Position numbers and translations under genes: made by a program. 64,000 nt of DNA from an uncultured delta proteobacterium (GTDB lineage: Bacteria > Myxococcota_A > Polyangia > Polyangiales > Polyangiaceae), in NCBI GenBank assembly GCA_963696385.1, contig CAVOKF010000007.1, forward strand, positions 1,152,001-1,216,000, read 5' to 3'. Positions 1-10,547 of this stretch are shown here, piece after piece. Within the stretch, counting starts at the first letter, position 1; each line of letters opens with the position of its first letter. The notes under the pieces were generated by a model, which was not told where the DNA came from, ran no database searches, and saw only the letters and a program-made list of their open reading frames with translations.

Positions 1-421
1 CCACCAACGTGACAGGCACGCTGCGCTCTCCGAGGGCGTCGGCAAGCCGGAAGTCCTCGTCGATCAGCTGGGCAAAACCGACGCCGCGTTCGCGCACGAA
101 CGCGGCTACCGTCTCCGGCGACTCGCCGACCGCGACGCCCACGATCAGCGCATCCGGACGCGCCCTCGCCTGGGTGTCGAGCCGCTTGAGAGCGTCGATC
201 TCGCCGACGCACGTGTCACACCAGGTCGCCCAGAAGTCGATGACCGCCGTGCGACCGTGGATGAACGTGCTCAGATCCGTGCGTGTTCCTTCGAGCGTGA
301 TTAACGGCGTCGCCGGCAGCGAGTCCGGCACGACGCGCGACGGCGACCACGGGGGCTGCGGCGAGCATCCGATCGCCAAAGCGGCGGCGAACGCGATCAG
401 AAGCGGTAACCCGTGGCGCAT
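1..421 (-). CDS. TlpA-family thiol-disulfide oxidoreductase lipoprotein (3' end runs off window)
   Basis: Manual translation from ATG at 421: MRHGLPLLIAFAAALAIGC (lipobox) ... VIDFWATWCDTC (thioredoxin CxxC). Not in the ORF track because it is truncated by the window edge. Confidence 0.85.
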   Translation of the reverse strand, partial: MRHGLPLLIAFAAALAIGCSPQPPWSPSRVVPDSLPATPLITLEGTRTDLSTFIHGRTAVIDFWATWCDTCVGEIDALKRLDTQARARPDALIVGVAVGESPETVAAFVRERGVGFAQLIDEDFRLADALGERSVPVTLV

Positions 422-1587
422 GTGACGACGTTGATGTGAAGATCGTTGGTTCTGACGTATCGATCGTAGCCGACTTCGAAGTGCAGAGCGCGAAGGGCAG
501 GACCGGCCGGAACGTCCACGACCACTTTTCCACCGACGGTTTGCGAGTCGAGCGGCGCGAGGTCGCTGTCGGCAGTACGCAGACCCGCGCTCGGATCCGC
601 GAGCTTCGTGAAGAAAGTGACCCCGGTCTGCGTGTGAAACCGATAGAGCGCGCCGACGTAGACGAACGGCGAGATGCGCTGCATGAGCTCCGCCTCCGTC
701 GAGTGCGCGGACAAGCCCCAGTCGTCGGCGTAGAACCGGTACGATACGTGGAGCGCTCCATTCCATGGAAGAAACTGAGCAGCGCGCGCGACGACGGCGT
801 GGCGAACGCGTTCGTCGGGCAAGAGCTCCGGGCCACGCTCGCCGGTGGAAAGCGGCACGCTGTTCCAGGTGTTGCCCATCTCACCGCGCTGCACGGTCAG
901 CCCGTAGTTGATGTTGACGATCGTCGTAGGGGTCAGGATCTGCGTGACTCCGACGCTGGCCGTCGCGCTCGATCGTTCGGCACGGCCGTGCCGCACCCCG
1001 TGAATGTCGAAGCGATCGAACCAGTCGAAGACCTCGAGCACGTCCACGGATACGACCGTGTCGCCGTCGGCGAAAGCCCGGCTGCCCGCGAGCCCGCCTT
1101 GCCACGAGCGAAAGGGGTTCTCGAGGTGAATGCCGCCCAGGATCGTCGCGTCCGAAACGGGACTCGTCTGATAGGTTGCGGCCCAGTCGATGGACCCGGA
1201 CTCCACGTGTCGGGACGCGCTGCTCAACACGTCGATCGCGTGCGGCGACGCATTGCTGACGATGTCGACCGGGACCCAGATCCGATGTTTCAGGCGCGCC
1301 CCCTGCGTCGCATCGATCTCGGCTTGGGGTTCGAGGATCGTGGCGCGCTCCGACCCGGGCGCCGTCGGCGTGGGCCCTCCCTGCGCCTGCCACCCGGAAC
1401 CGAACTGGTCGAACCCGGAGATGCGCGTCATGATCGACTCGACGTGCAAGGCGTTGTCGATCGGGCCGAGGATCTGCGCGTCCCCCATCGCCGCGGTCGG
1501 CGCCGGCGATGAAGGACCGTCGGCCCGAACGCGCGCACCAACTGCCAGGAAAGCGACGACGACCGCGCTGGCGGAGCGCGCCTTCAC
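397..1587 (-). CDS. DUF3570-family outer-membrane beta-barrel protein
   Basis: C-terminal part of ORF 397..2298; GTG start at 1587 with signal peptide; VDIVSNAS, YRFYADDWG, YRFHTQT motifs; ends GYRF; next to a DUF4266 gene. Confidence 0.75.
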   Translation of the reverse strand: MKARSASAVVVAFLAVGARVRADGPSSPAPTAAMGDAQILGPIDNALHVESIMTRISGFDQFGSGWQAQGGPTPTAPGSERATILEPQAEIDATQGARLKHRIWVPVDIVSNASPHAIDVLSSASRHVESGSIDWAATYQTSPVSDATILGGIHLENPFRSWQGGLAGSRAFADGDTVVSVDVLEVFDWFDRFDIHGVRHGRAERSSATASVGVTQILTPTTIVNINYGLTVQRGEMGNTWNSVPLSTGERGPELLPDERVRHAVVARAAQFLPWNGALHVSYRFYADDWGLSAHSTEAELMQRISPFVYVGALYRFHTQTGVTFFTKLADPSAGLRTADSDLAPLDSQTVGGKVVVDVPAGPALRALHFEVGYDRYVRTNDLHINVVTCATGYRF

Positions 1588-1598
1588 CGCGGCGCCCG

Positions 1599-1811
1599 TC
1601 ACTGGCAGCCGCAGCCGCCGCCCGCGGTAGCGCCGTTGCCACCGGCGGCACCTTCGCGCGTGTCGTAAAGCTTTTGACGACGTGCGGCATCGAGTGGCTC
1701 CGACGTAAGACTCATCATCGGATCCGCGAAGTGAGCACGCCGGTTCTGTGGAACGATGGCGCAGCCGGCAATCGGTGCGGCGGCGAGCGCCACGACGGCC
1801 CACAGCCTCAA
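1599..1811 (-). CDS. DUF4266-family small lipoprotein
   Basis: TTG start overlaps upstream TGA; lipobox IAGC; ADPMM and C-terminal REGAAGG..GGGCGCQ signature. Confidence 0.85.
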   Translation of the reverse strand: MRLWAVVALAAAPIAGCAIVPQNRRAHFADPMMSLTSEPLDAARRQKLYDTREGAAGGNGATAGGGCGCQ

Positions 1812-2320
1812 AGACTGCCTCGCATGTCGATCCCCACGCGGTCTTTCTCGATGTCGAGCGCAATCGCGGGCACGCCCGTGCGCTCGCCGGCGAGTGCCGC
1901 GTCGACCACACCCGCGACACCTGTGAGCAGGCCCACACAGAAGAACGACCACAGCCAGCGTTGCTCGACGAGAGTCCCGGTATTGATCGTCCCCGGATTG
2001 TACTGAAATAGCGCTGCCGTTGCCCCAATCGCCGCAGCCGGCGGCGCGCTGAAGACAACGCCGCGCACCCACTCGCCACCCGCCGCGTGCGCCGCCATCG
2101 GAGCCAGCGCAAACCCCGACTCCATGGTGAACCACCCTGCATTGGTCGGCGTCCTGTTGCCGTTTGCCCCAGCGACAATCGCTCCGCCGACCCCCAAGCC
2201 GAGGACCAAGGTCGAGGCGCCGACGAGAAAACGCGCACCCGGATCGGGCTCGTCTGCGCGAGAGGACGACGGCATCGAAAGGAGCGCCGCGACGACAACG
2301 GAACCGCGGAAGGGGCGCAA
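1808..2320 (-). CDS. Hypothetical membrane protein with signal peptide
   Basis: 170-aa ORF with several hydrophobic segments; stop overlaps DUF4266 start. Confidence 0.65.
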   Translation of the reverse strand: MRPFRGSVVVAALLSMPSSSRADEPDPGARFLVGASTLVLGLGVGGAIVAGANGNRTPTNAGWFTMESGFALAPMAAHAAGGEWVRGVVFSAPPAAAIGATAALFQYNPGTINTGTLVEQRWLWSFFCVGLLTGVAGVVDAALAGERTGVPAIALDIEKDRVGIDMRGSL

Positions 2321-2407
2321 GCCGGCAGGCTATATCATGACCTCGATCCAGCTCAACAAGCCACCCCATGAGGGCACGCACCCTGGCGGGGGCCCAACGC
2401 GGCAGAG

Positions 2408-3985
2408 TCAGTCCTCGCGTGGCGCGTCGGGCCAATGGTAGCCGCTCACGTACTCGCGAATGCCCGGATGCTCGAGCGACACAGGGGGCAGAAACTCGCC
2501 GACCCGCTCGCGCGTCCACCAGGCGCCACCTTGGCGCGATGTCGAGAATCGGTAGCGCCAGATTCCCGCCCGGATCCAACGCGGGGGATCGACAGGAAAC
2601 GGATCGCGAAAAAGCAACGGCTTGGGGGTTGGTTCGCCGTCGAGCAGCTGCCACACGAGATGCACGAGCCACGGCTCGTTTTCCACGCGCTCGCCGCGCG
2701 CCGCGCCGTTGCCGACGAACCACATCTGCCAATCGAGCCTGTAATGATAGGGGCTGATGGTGCAGGGCCTCCGTCGGACGTCGCCGGGCATGCACGGCAG
2801 CTCGTATTCCAGCCATGGGCCGGCATCCGGGGTTTCGGCGCGCGTTCCTTCGAGAGCCACCTCGTAACGAGCCCGATCGACGGTGCCGAACGCGCCGTAC
2901 GTATTCACGAGATCGAGCGGATCGAACGGACGGTTCATCGCTTGGTCGCAGGACGCGAGGTTCGCGACAGGACCGACGCTCAAGAGCGCGACGACGACGG
3001 CGAACCCGTTGGCCATCCGCGCCTGCGTGCGCGACGCGAGAAGCCCCTCGAAGCGCACGAGAAGCGAGCGCCCGATGCGCTGCGGCAACAGCCGGACGAA
3101 CGCTGTGTCATCGAAACAAGCGAGAACCGGCACGAGAGTCAGCCAATTGAGAAACGACAAATTGCCGCTCAAGATCAAACTGATCTGCAGCGCGGCGAGC
3201 ACCCCGCCCGCCGCATGTCTCATGCGACGAAAGCCGAAGACGAACCATGGGGCGACGAGCTCGGCCAAGTAGAGGAAAAGGGCGCCGGCGACATGCACCC
3301 AGTGCGGAGCGTGATGCAGCCACCACGAGAGCGGGTTGGGGTTCGGCTGGGTCTCGAAGTGCGCATCGAGGCAGCTGAGCTCCCGCCAGCAGGGATCGCC
3401 GCGGAGCTTGATGAGCGCCGAACCAAGCATCACGCGGAAGATGATCCAGCGGAAAAGCCACACCACGACCTTCGGGGTGGCGGAGCCGGGAAAAGGGCGG
3501 ACGCTTCGGAGCGGGCAGAGGAACGCCGCCAAGAATCCGGTCTCGAGCAGCTGAATCTCCCAACCGTACCCGTAGAAAATTTGTCCGACGTGGACGAACG
3601 ACGAGTAGAGGACCCAGAGCGCGATCTGCAGGGCCGCGTGGGTGACGCCCAAAAGCGCCGCGGCCGAGAGCACGATACCCGCCCAACAAGCGGTGCGCAG
3701 CACGGCATCGGAGGCCCCCCACCAGAACAGCGTGGGCAGTCGCCAATAGGCGTCGCCACCGAGCTCCGCGTGCTTGGCCGCGAGAAGTTGTGCGGCCGGC
3801 AGCAGTCCGCGCGAGCCGATGAGCGCCGGAAACTGATTGGCCACGCAGATGAACGCGACGAGGTAGACGAACGCGAGAAGGCGCAGAATGGCGACCCGCG
3901 TGATCTCGTACGTCGCGGGCTCCTGCTGGAGCCTCTGCCACCACGCGGTGCGGAAGTGCGCCCGCGCATCGTACGGCTCGTCCAT
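2408..3985 (-). CDS. Lipase maturation factor (LMF1) family membrane protein
   Basis: GWEIQLLETGF, HFETQPNPNPLSW, GNLSFLNW, NTYGAFG, PYHYRLDWQMWF motifs. Confidence 0.92.
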   Translation of the reverse strand: MDEPYDARAHFRTAWWQRLQQEPATYEITRVAILRLLAFVYLVAFICVANQFPALIGSRGLLPAAQLLAAKHAELGGDAYWRLPTLFWWGASDAVLRTACWAGIVLSAAALLGVTHAALQIALWVLYSSFVHVGQIFYGYGWEIQLLETGFLAAFLCPLRSVRPFPGSATPKVVVWLFRWIIFRVMLGSALIKLRGDPCWRELSCLDAHFETQPNPNPLSWWLHHAPHWVHVAGALFLYLAELVAPWFVFGFRRMRHAAGGVLAALQISLILSGNLSFLNWLTLVPVLACFDDTAFVRLLPQRIGRSLLVRFEGLLASRTQARMANGFAVVVALLSVGPVANLASCDQAMNRPFDPLDLVNTYGAFGTVDRARYEVALEGTRAETPDAGPWLEYELPCMPGDVRRRPCTISPYHYRLDWQMWFVGNGAARGERVENEPWLVHLVWQLLDGEPTPKPLLFRDPFPVDPPRWIRAGIWRYRFSTSRQGGAWWTRERVGEFLPPVSLEHPGIREYVSGYHWPDAPRED

Positions 3986-4053
3986 GGGTCATCGCTCCAC
4001 GATGCAGGGATACCGGAGGTTCGCGTACCGAGGGCCGCAGAAGCAATGGTAGG

Positions 4054-4668
4054 ATGCGCGGCGTGATTCGATCTTTGAGCCATTCGCACGCGTGTCGATG
4101 GGGTGCTCCGGTGGTCGATCGCGTGGACACCGCGATCTTCACGCGAAGGTACTTCGTTCACTGCATGCAGTGCGAATACTGCCATGATTCGTGCTGCAAG
4201 TACGGCACCGACGTGGACGTGGAGAATGTGGCTCGCGTCGAGGCGCGAGCGGCGGAGATCGAGCGGTACACCGGAGTGACGCGAGATCGATTTTGGACCG
4301 GCGAGTGGAACGACGACACCGAGTTCCCCGGCGGCCGGCAGACGCGCACCCGCGTGGAAGACGGGGCCTGCGTTTTCCGCAGCCGGCGCGGCCGCGGATG
4401 CATGCTTCATTCGTTCGCGATCGAGCAGGGGCTCGATTACCACGAGCTCAAGCCGATGGTGAGCGCGCTTTTCCCGGTCACATTCGACTGGGGCCTTCTG
4501 CACCCGTCGAACGAAATCATCGACCGTTCGCTTCAGTGCATTGACGACGGCCCGACGATATACCGCGGCGTGCGCACGGAGATCGACTGGTACTTCGGTG
4601 GCCCGCTCGTGGCCGAGTTGGACGCCATGGAGCAAGGCGTGCTTGCGGGAAGCATCGGCGCAAAGTAG
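4054..4668 (+). CDS. YkgJ/DUF3109-like cysteine-cluster (Zn/Fe-chelating) protein
   Basis: [24 protein letters not shown], LKPxxxxLFP; start uncertain. Confidence 0.7.
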   Translation: MRGVIRSLSHSHACRWGAPVVDRVDTAIFTRRYFVHCMQCEYCHDSCCKYGTDVDVENVARVEARAAEIERYTGVTRDRFWTGEWNDDTEFPGGRQTRTRVEDGACVFRSRRGRGCMLHSFAIEQGLDYHELKPMVSALFPVTFDWGLLHPSNEIIDRSLQCIDDGPTIYRGVRTEIDWYFGGPLVAELDAMEQGVLAGSIGAK

Positions 4669-4777
4669 GCTATCGCCCCCTTGCCGACTGCGGCTTGTCG
4701 CGGCGTGGATGCCTCCCGACAAAAGCCCGCGCGGGCCCGGCCACCCCGGGTTCCGAAGGCGCACTCCAGGAGCACCT

Positions 4778-5020
4778 ATGGCCCGTGTCACCGTCGAAGA
4801 CTGTCTCGAGCGCGAGGAAAACCGCTTCGCTCTGGTCGTTTTGGCCGCGCAACGAACGCGCCTGCTGATGAAGGGCGCTACGCCCCTCGTGCACTCGAAG
4901 AACAAGGCCGCGGTGACGGCGCTCCGCGAGATCGCCGCCGGCAAAATTCACTATGACCGCGCCAGCAACGACGCGGTTCGCGAGTATATCGAGGCACTGA
5001 ACAAGCGCGAGTTCGGTTGA
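4778..5020 (+). CDS. rpoZ: RNA polymerase omega subunit
   Basis: [23 protein letters not shown]...[16 protein letters not shown] upstream. Confidence 0.97.
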   Translation: MARVTVEDCLEREENRFALVVLAAQRTRLLMKGATPLVHSKNKAAVTALREIAAGKIHYDRASNDAVREYIEALNKREFG

Positions 5021-5829
5021 CGTCGGCGCGCCGAAAGCTCGATCGCGAGCTCGAGGCGGGGTCGTTCGCGCATTACGAAGATCCGGCGTATTACACCGCC
5101 ACCTACGCGCCACGCGTAGACGACGTGACGTTCTATGTCGCTCTCGCGAAAAAAGCGGGGGGACCCGTACTCGAGTACGGAATCGGCAACGGACGGATCG
5201 CCATTCCGATGGCACGAAGCGGGGCCGAAGTCACGGGCGTCGACCACTCGCGGCCGATGCTCGCCGACCTTCGCGCCCGGCTCGCGCGCGAGCCGCCCGA
5301 GGTTCGAGCGCGCGTCCGAGCCGTTCGCGGCGATCTGCGAACCGCCCGGATCGGGCGCCGGTTCCCGCTGATCGTCGCGACGTTCAACACGGCGCTTCAC
5401 CTCTACACGCGCTACGACGTCGAGCAATTCCTCGCGTGCGTTCGGCTTCATCTCGCGCCGCGCGGGCGCTTCGTCGTCGATCTGTCGATGCCCTCGCCTG
5501 CCGATCTGGCCCGGGACCCGTCGCGTCCCTTTCGCGCGCCACGCTTCCGACATCCGACGGCAGGAGTCGTCGTCAACAACCGGGAGCGGTTCGACTACGA
5601 TCCCGTGCGGCAGGTGTTGTTCGTGGCCATGGAGTTCGAAGCGGTGGACGACCCGTCCCATGCTTGGATGACCCCCCTCTCGCATCGCCAATTCTTCCCG
5701 GCTGAGTGGGAAGCGCTCCTCCACTACAATGGTTTCGAGGTCGATCGGGTGGACGGGGATTTCTTCGGAAGCCCTCTCTCGAAGAGCAGCGACGTCATGA
5801 TCTGGCACACGCGCCGGAGAGTTCGGTGA
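5017..5829 (+). CDS. Class I SAM-dependent methyltransferase
   Basis: [11 protein letters not shown] motif [20 protein letters not shown]. Confidence 0.88.
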   Translation: MTSARRKLDRELEAGSFAHYEDPAYYTATYAPRVDDVTFYVALAKKAGGPVLEYGIGNGRIAIPMARSGAEVTGVDHSRPMLADLRARLAREPPEVRARVRAVRGDLRTARIGRRFPLIVATFNTALHLYTRYDVEQFLACVRLHLAPRGRFVVDLSMPSPADLARDPSRPFRAPRFRHPTAGVVVNNRERFDYDPVRQVLFVAMEFEAVDDPSHAWMTPLSHRQFFPAEWEALLHYNGFEVDRVDGDFFGSPLSKSSDVMIWHTRRRVR

Positions 5830-6518
5830 GCATCGCCGATCAGTTGTCCGCCGTTCGTTCGCGCATCGCCCTTTCGGCCCGAGACTGCGGCCGGGACCCG
5901 CGATCGATTCGGCTTGTGGCCGTATCGAAGGCGAAGCCGACCGATTGCATCCGGGAGGCGTATGCGGCCGGGCAACGCGCGTTCGGCGAGAACTATGTGC
6001 AAGAGCTTGCCGCGAAATCGGCAGAGCTCGCCGACTTACGGGATCTCGAGTGGCACTTCATCGGCCATCTGCAGACGAACAAGGCCAAGATGGCCGCGCG
6101 GTTCGCGCACGTCGTTCATACGGTCGACTCCGTGGTGATCGCGCGCGAGCTCGGGCGGCGTGCGGCTCGAGAGCGGTCCACGCCTCTTCCGGTCCTGGTC
6201 GAAGTCAATATCGGTGGTGAGCCGCAGAAGCCGGGCGCCGCCCCCAGTGAGGTCGACGAGGTCATGAGCGCTGTCGCGACGCAGCCTTCGCTGCTTTTGC
6301 GCGGGCTGATGACCGTCCCGCCGGCAGGCGATCGGGAGCAGTCGCGTCGGGCGTTCGAAACACTCGCCTTGCTTCGAGCCTTGCATGGCGGCGCGGCCGT
6401 GCTCCCCGATCTGTCGATGGGCATGAGCGGCGACTTCGATCTCGCGATTCGCGCCGGCGCCACGCTCGTGCGCGTGGGAACCGACATTTTCGGGCCGCGA
6501 CCCGGGCGCCCGTACTGA
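5826..6518 (+). CDS. yggS: YggS/PLPBP pyridoxal-phosphate homeostasis protein
   Basis: LVAVSK, FGENYVQE, WHFIGHLQTNK, LSMGMSGD, VRVGTDIFG; GTG start overlaps upstream stop. Confidence 0.96.
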   Translation: MSIADQLSAVRSRIALSARDCGRDPRSIRLVAVSKAKPTDCIREAYAAGQRAFGENYVQELAAKSAELADLRDLEWHFIGHLQTNKAKMAARFAHVVHTVDSVVIARELGRRAARERSTPLPVLVEVNIGGEPQKPGAAPSEVDEVMSAVATQPSLLLRGLMTVPPAGDREQSRRAFETLALLRALHGGAAVLPDLSMGMSGDFDLAIRAGATLVRVGTDIFGPRPGRPY

Positions 6519-6534
6519 TAGGCTTTGCGGTGGC

Positions 6535-8074
6535 TTGAGTGCGCCTCGATCGACCGTCGCTCGCCGCGTGCTGGCGTCGTTCGCCGTCACCGTAGTCGCA
6601 TTCGCCGTGACGCTCGGTTGGGGAATCGCCGCGCAAAGGCGTGCCGCCGACGACAGCGTCGAGCTCGGCCGCGGGTACGTGCCGGTGGCCATGCGTCTCG
6701 CGCAACTGCGCGCCGCTCAAACGACGCTATCGACCCTGGTCGACGGCATTCCGGACGAGCGAGAGCCTGGGTCCACGCGTGCGCTGCTCGAGACGCTGGC
6801 CGGGGCACGGCGCACGATGCTCATCGAGACCCGATTGGCCTTGACGCAAACGCTCCCGGCGGTCGGCAGCAGCATGACTCGCGACCTCGCACGCCGGCTG
6901 GCCGGTGAGCTCGATGCCATCGACGCGGCGCTCGACGCCGACCCGGCGCTTTTCGAGCGCTTGTTTACGGCGGTCGCCAATGGGGATCGGGATGGCATCA
7001 ACCGTACGATCGTTTCGCTCGGCGCACTCGAGCACGACGCGGACAAGCGGCTACGCTACCTCGCCGCCCGCCTGGGAGCGTCGATCGACGAGCTTTCCTC
7101 TGCGGCGCGCGACCGCGAACTGCGTTCGATCTGGGGGCTCGCGGTCCTCGCCGCCCTCACGCTCGCCGTCGGGGTCGTCGTGTCGCTGCACGTGCGGCGT
7201 CTGCTTGCGCCGCTGGCTCGTGTCACGGCGCGCGCTCAAGCGGTCGCCGGCGGCGATCTCGACGGCCCGTGAAGTCGCCCCGAGCGACGACGAGATTGGC
7301 CAGCTCGAGATGGCCTTCGAAAAGATGGTGGCCGGACTCGCCGGCGCGCAGGCGCTCGCGTTGTCGAATGAGCGTCTCGCCGCCATCGGCAAAATGGCGG
7401 CTCATGTAACGCACGAGATCCGCAACCCGCTGTCGGCAATGAGTCTGAACGTCGAGCTGCTCGATGAGGAGATCGGGCACAACGACGCGGCGCCACGCGC
7501 CGAAGTGAAGAACCTTCTCGCTGCGATTCAGCGCGAGGTGCAGCGGCTCGAATACCTGAGCGAAGAATATCTGCGCGTCGCGCGCCTGCCTCAGCCGCGC
7601 ATGGAGGCCGAGGACGTCTCCGCCGCCGTGCGGGAGGTCGTAGAGTTCGCGCGTCGCGAAATCGAGAGCGCTGGTTGCGTCATTACGCTTCGAGTCACAG
7701 AGGCGATCCCGCCGGCGCTGTTCGACGAGGGCCAGATTCGGCAAGCGCTCTTGAACCTTCTGCGCAACGCCCGCGAAGCCATGCCCGCGGGCGGGGAGGT
7801 CGATGTGAGTGTGGCCGCAGAGGGCATGAGCGTCGTGGTCGAGGTGGCCGATCGCGGCGGCGGTATTCCCACGGACATCCGGGCTCGGGTATTCGACCCT
7901 TTTTTTTCCACCAAGGGAGAGGGCACGGGACTCGGCCTGGCCATTACACGCCACATCGTCGACGCCCATGGCGGAAGCGTCACCTGCGAGCCTCGTGAGG
8001 GCGGGGGAACTCGGTTTCGGATCGCCCTGCCCATTGCGCCTGCCAAGAGCACCTGGCAGCCGGCGGCGTGCTAG
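6535..8074 (+). pseudogene. Membrane sensor histidine kinase (TM-periplasmic-TM-HAMP-HisKA-HATPase) split by a +1 frameshift near 7261
   Basis: ORF 6535..7272 has two TMs and the HAMP start (AVAGGDL). The frame of ORF 6905..8074 continues TAREVAPSDDEIGQL, then THEIRNPL, NLLRNA, DRGGG, GTGLGL. Removing G7261 joins them. Confidence 0.85.
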
Positions 8075-8088
8075 AGCCCCAGACTGCC

Positions 8089-8823
8089 ATGGCACGCCCC
8101 GACGGCCGTTCCTTCCAGACCTGTCGACCGGTCGAAATGATTGCACACTTCCACCGCCCTTCGGAGGGCTCGGTGCTCTATCGCGCGGGCGGAACGGTGG
8201 TGCTCTGTACCGCGTCGGTCGACGACAAGGTCCCGGCATTTCTCGAGGGCAAGGGGCAAGGCTGGCTGACGGCCGAATACCAGATGCATCCGCGCGCAAA
8301 TCCCAAGCGTCAGGATCGGGACGGCCGGGGCAAAGCGCTCAGCGGACGCACGCAAGAAATTCAGCGGCTCGTCGGCCGAGCGCTGCGCGCCGCGGTGGAT
8401 TTGGGCAAGCTTGGACCGCGCACCGTGACGGTGGATTGCGACGTCCTCGAAGCGGACGGCGGGACCCGAACCGCGTCGGTGACCGGCGGATTCGTCGCTT
8501 TGGCGTTGGCCTTGGCGCGAGTCGGCGCCGTCGCATTGCGGGAACCCGTCGCGGCGGTCAGTGTCGGCCACCTGGACACGGCCGGTCTTGCGGTCGATCT
8601 CTGTTACAGCGAAGACTCGGCGGCCCGAGTCGACCTCAACGTGGTTGCGACCTCGAGCGGCAAGGTGGTCGAAGTGCAAGGGACCGCCGAAGGCGCCCCG
8701 GTAGACCGGCGCGAGATCGATACCATGATCGATCTCGCGCTCGCGGCCATCGCCGATCTCACGCGGGCGCAGCACGAGGTGCTCACCCGTGCCGGAGTCG
8801 ATCCGTGCGCGCTCATCGCGTGA
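8089..8823 (+). CDS. rph: Ribonuclease PH
   Basis: GWLTAEY, GRTQEIQRLVGRALR, DCDVLEADGGTRTAS, DLCYSEDS. Confidence 0.96.
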   Translation: MARPDGRSFQTCRPVEMIAHFHRPSEGSVLYRAGGTVVLCTASVDDKVPAFLEGKGQGWLTAEYQMHPRANPKRQDRDGRGKALSGRTQEIQRLVGRALRAAVDLGKLGPRTVTVDCDVLEADGGTRTASVTGGFVALALALARVGAVALREPVAAVSVGHLDTAGLAVDLCYSEDSAARVDLNVVATSSGKVVEVQGTAEGAPVDRREIDTMIDLALAAIADLTRAQHEVLTRAGVDPCALIA

Positions 8824-9449
8824 CGCTCGTCCTCGCCACGAACAATCGCGGCAAGATCGAGGAGCTCCGATCTCTCCTCGCCGACTTGCCCGTCGACGTC
8901 GAGGGGGTCGCCGATCGGCTTCCAGATCCGCCTCGAGTCGTCGAGGACGGGGTCACGTTCGCCGACAACGCGCTGAAAAAGGCACGCGCCGTCGCCCACG
9001 CGACCCGCATGCTGTCGCTCGCTGACGATTCCGGGCTCGAGTTGGACGCCCTGGGCGGACGACCGGGGGTTCGGAGCGCGCGCTTTGCAGGCGAGCATGC
9101 CACCGACGAGGAGAACAACGCCGCGCTCCTCGCGGCACTGCAAGCGCTCGGAGATCCGCGAGCGACTCACGCCGGCCGCTTTCCGGCCCGATTCCGCTGC
9201 GCGCTGGCGCTCGTCGATCCGTCGGCGCAGGGCAGCGAAGGGCGCGTCTTCGAGGGGGTATGCGATGGCACGATTGCACGCACCCCCCGGGGCCACGCGG
9301 GGTTCGGTTACGACCCGATCTTCGTCGTCGCCGGATCCAACCGGACGATGGCCGAGCTGTCGCCCGAAGAAAAAAACCGCATCAGCCACCGGGCCCGCGC
9401 CCTCGCAGCCCTGCGGCCGGTGCTCGAGCAGCTCGTCCGCAAAGGTTGA
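8820..9449 (+). CDS. rdgB: RdgB/HAM1 non-canonical purine NTP pyrophosphatase
   Basis: ATNNRGK, ADDSGL, PGVRSAR, GFGYDPIF, KNRISHR; follows rph. Confidence 0.96.
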   Translation: MTLVLATNNRGKIEELRSLLADLPVDVEGVADRLPDPPRVVEDGVTFADNALKKARAVAHATRMLSLADDSGLELDALGGRPGVRSARFAGEHATDEENNAALLAALQALGDPRATHAGRFPARFRCALALVDPSAQGSEGRVFEGVCDGTIARTPRGHAGFGYDPIFVVAGSNRTMAELSPEEKNRISHRARALAALRPVLEQLVRKG

Positions 9450-9571
9450 GCCGCCTTGCATCGCCGAACGGCGACCCCGTCGTGCTGCCTTTTGCGTCGG
9501 GCGGCGCCGGATCCGCGATGCGGAAAGAGACGGCGTCACCTCGTCATCTCCAGTCCTCGCGAATTCTCGCT

Positions 9572-10447
9572 CTATCGGCCAAGCAGGTCCGCGTGAAGCC
9601 CACAACCGATGACGACTGCGTAGTAGCTCTGCTGCGCGGACCCTGGGATCGCAGCGCCGTTGGCGTACGGAGGGCCCGTCAGTCCGTCGCGCTGGTTGGG
9701 CCCGAAAGCGACATTGCCCTGGGTTCCGGTGAGCGTTCCCCCCGAAACGGTCGTCATGGGTGACAGGGTCAAATTCCGTGTGAGACGCACTTCGATACCA
9801 AGGCCGAGACGAAGGATTTCGAAGCCCGTGGCGCTCCAGTCGGCCGCCGCTTCGGTGAGCTCGAACCGACGAAATCCGAGCGAGATCTCGCCGGCCAGTG
9901 CCATCGAGTGGATGTTTCCCACCACGTACCGAAAACCGCCGCCGAAAAACGTGGTGTCGGCCTTGGCGTTTTCCCCGTCGAAGCGACGGCCAGCACCGAC
10001 CACTCCGATCTCGACGACGAGATACGGGATGTAGTGCGTGGCCAGCCGGGCCCCGACGTCGGCTTCCAAACCCAGGCCGGGAGTAACGAAATTCCCGGTG
10101 GTCTCGAGCCCCCCTCCCGGGTCGACGTACAGGCTGCCCCCGTACGCCAGCACTCCGGCGCGGCCGCCAACCCACAGAGAATAGGGGGGTGCCCGAATCG
10201 GGTCGGCGACGGGGGCTCCATGCGGAGCCGCAACGGCGGGCGCACTTGCGGTCGCCTGGCCGACTGCAGTATTTTGGGCCCGAGTCGCGGAAACCGGAGC
10301 CAGGGTGCTTCCGGTCGGTGCTGTCGAGGTCGGCGCCATCGAAACCGCGCCGGCGTCCGGTTCGGGCAGCGGCGGCACGGGGTCCGCTTGCGCTTGGGCC
10401 GCCACACTGCACACAAAAGCCAGGGGGATTGCGAAAGCTTTTCGCAT
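9572..10447 (-). CDS. Hypothetical secreted/outer-membrane beta-barrel protein
   Basis: Signal peptide MRKAFAIPLAFVCSVAAQAQA, Pro/Ala linker, amphipathic beta-strand pattern. Confidence 0.6.
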   Translation of the reverse strand: MRKAFAIPLAFVCSVAAQAQADPVPPLPEPDAGAVSMAPTSTAPTGSTLAPVSATRAQNTAVGQATASAPAVAAPHGAPVADPIRAPPYSLWVGGRAGVLAYGGSLYVDPGGGLETTGNFVTPGLGLEADVGARLATHYIPYLVVEIGVVGAGRRFDGENAKADTTFFGGGFRYVVGNIHSMALAGEISLGFRRFELTEAAADWSATGFEILRLGLGIEVRLTRNLTLSPMTTVSGGTLTGTQGNVAFGPNQRDGLTGPPYANGAAIPGSAQQSYYAVVIGCGLHADLLGR

Positions 10448-10547
10448 GGGAAAGGGCACGGAATTCAGAAGGGGCGCCGGGCGCGCACGTGCCAGACTAG
10501 CGGACGGACTCGACGGATGCCCAGCGTGGCGCCATTAAGCGGTGACG

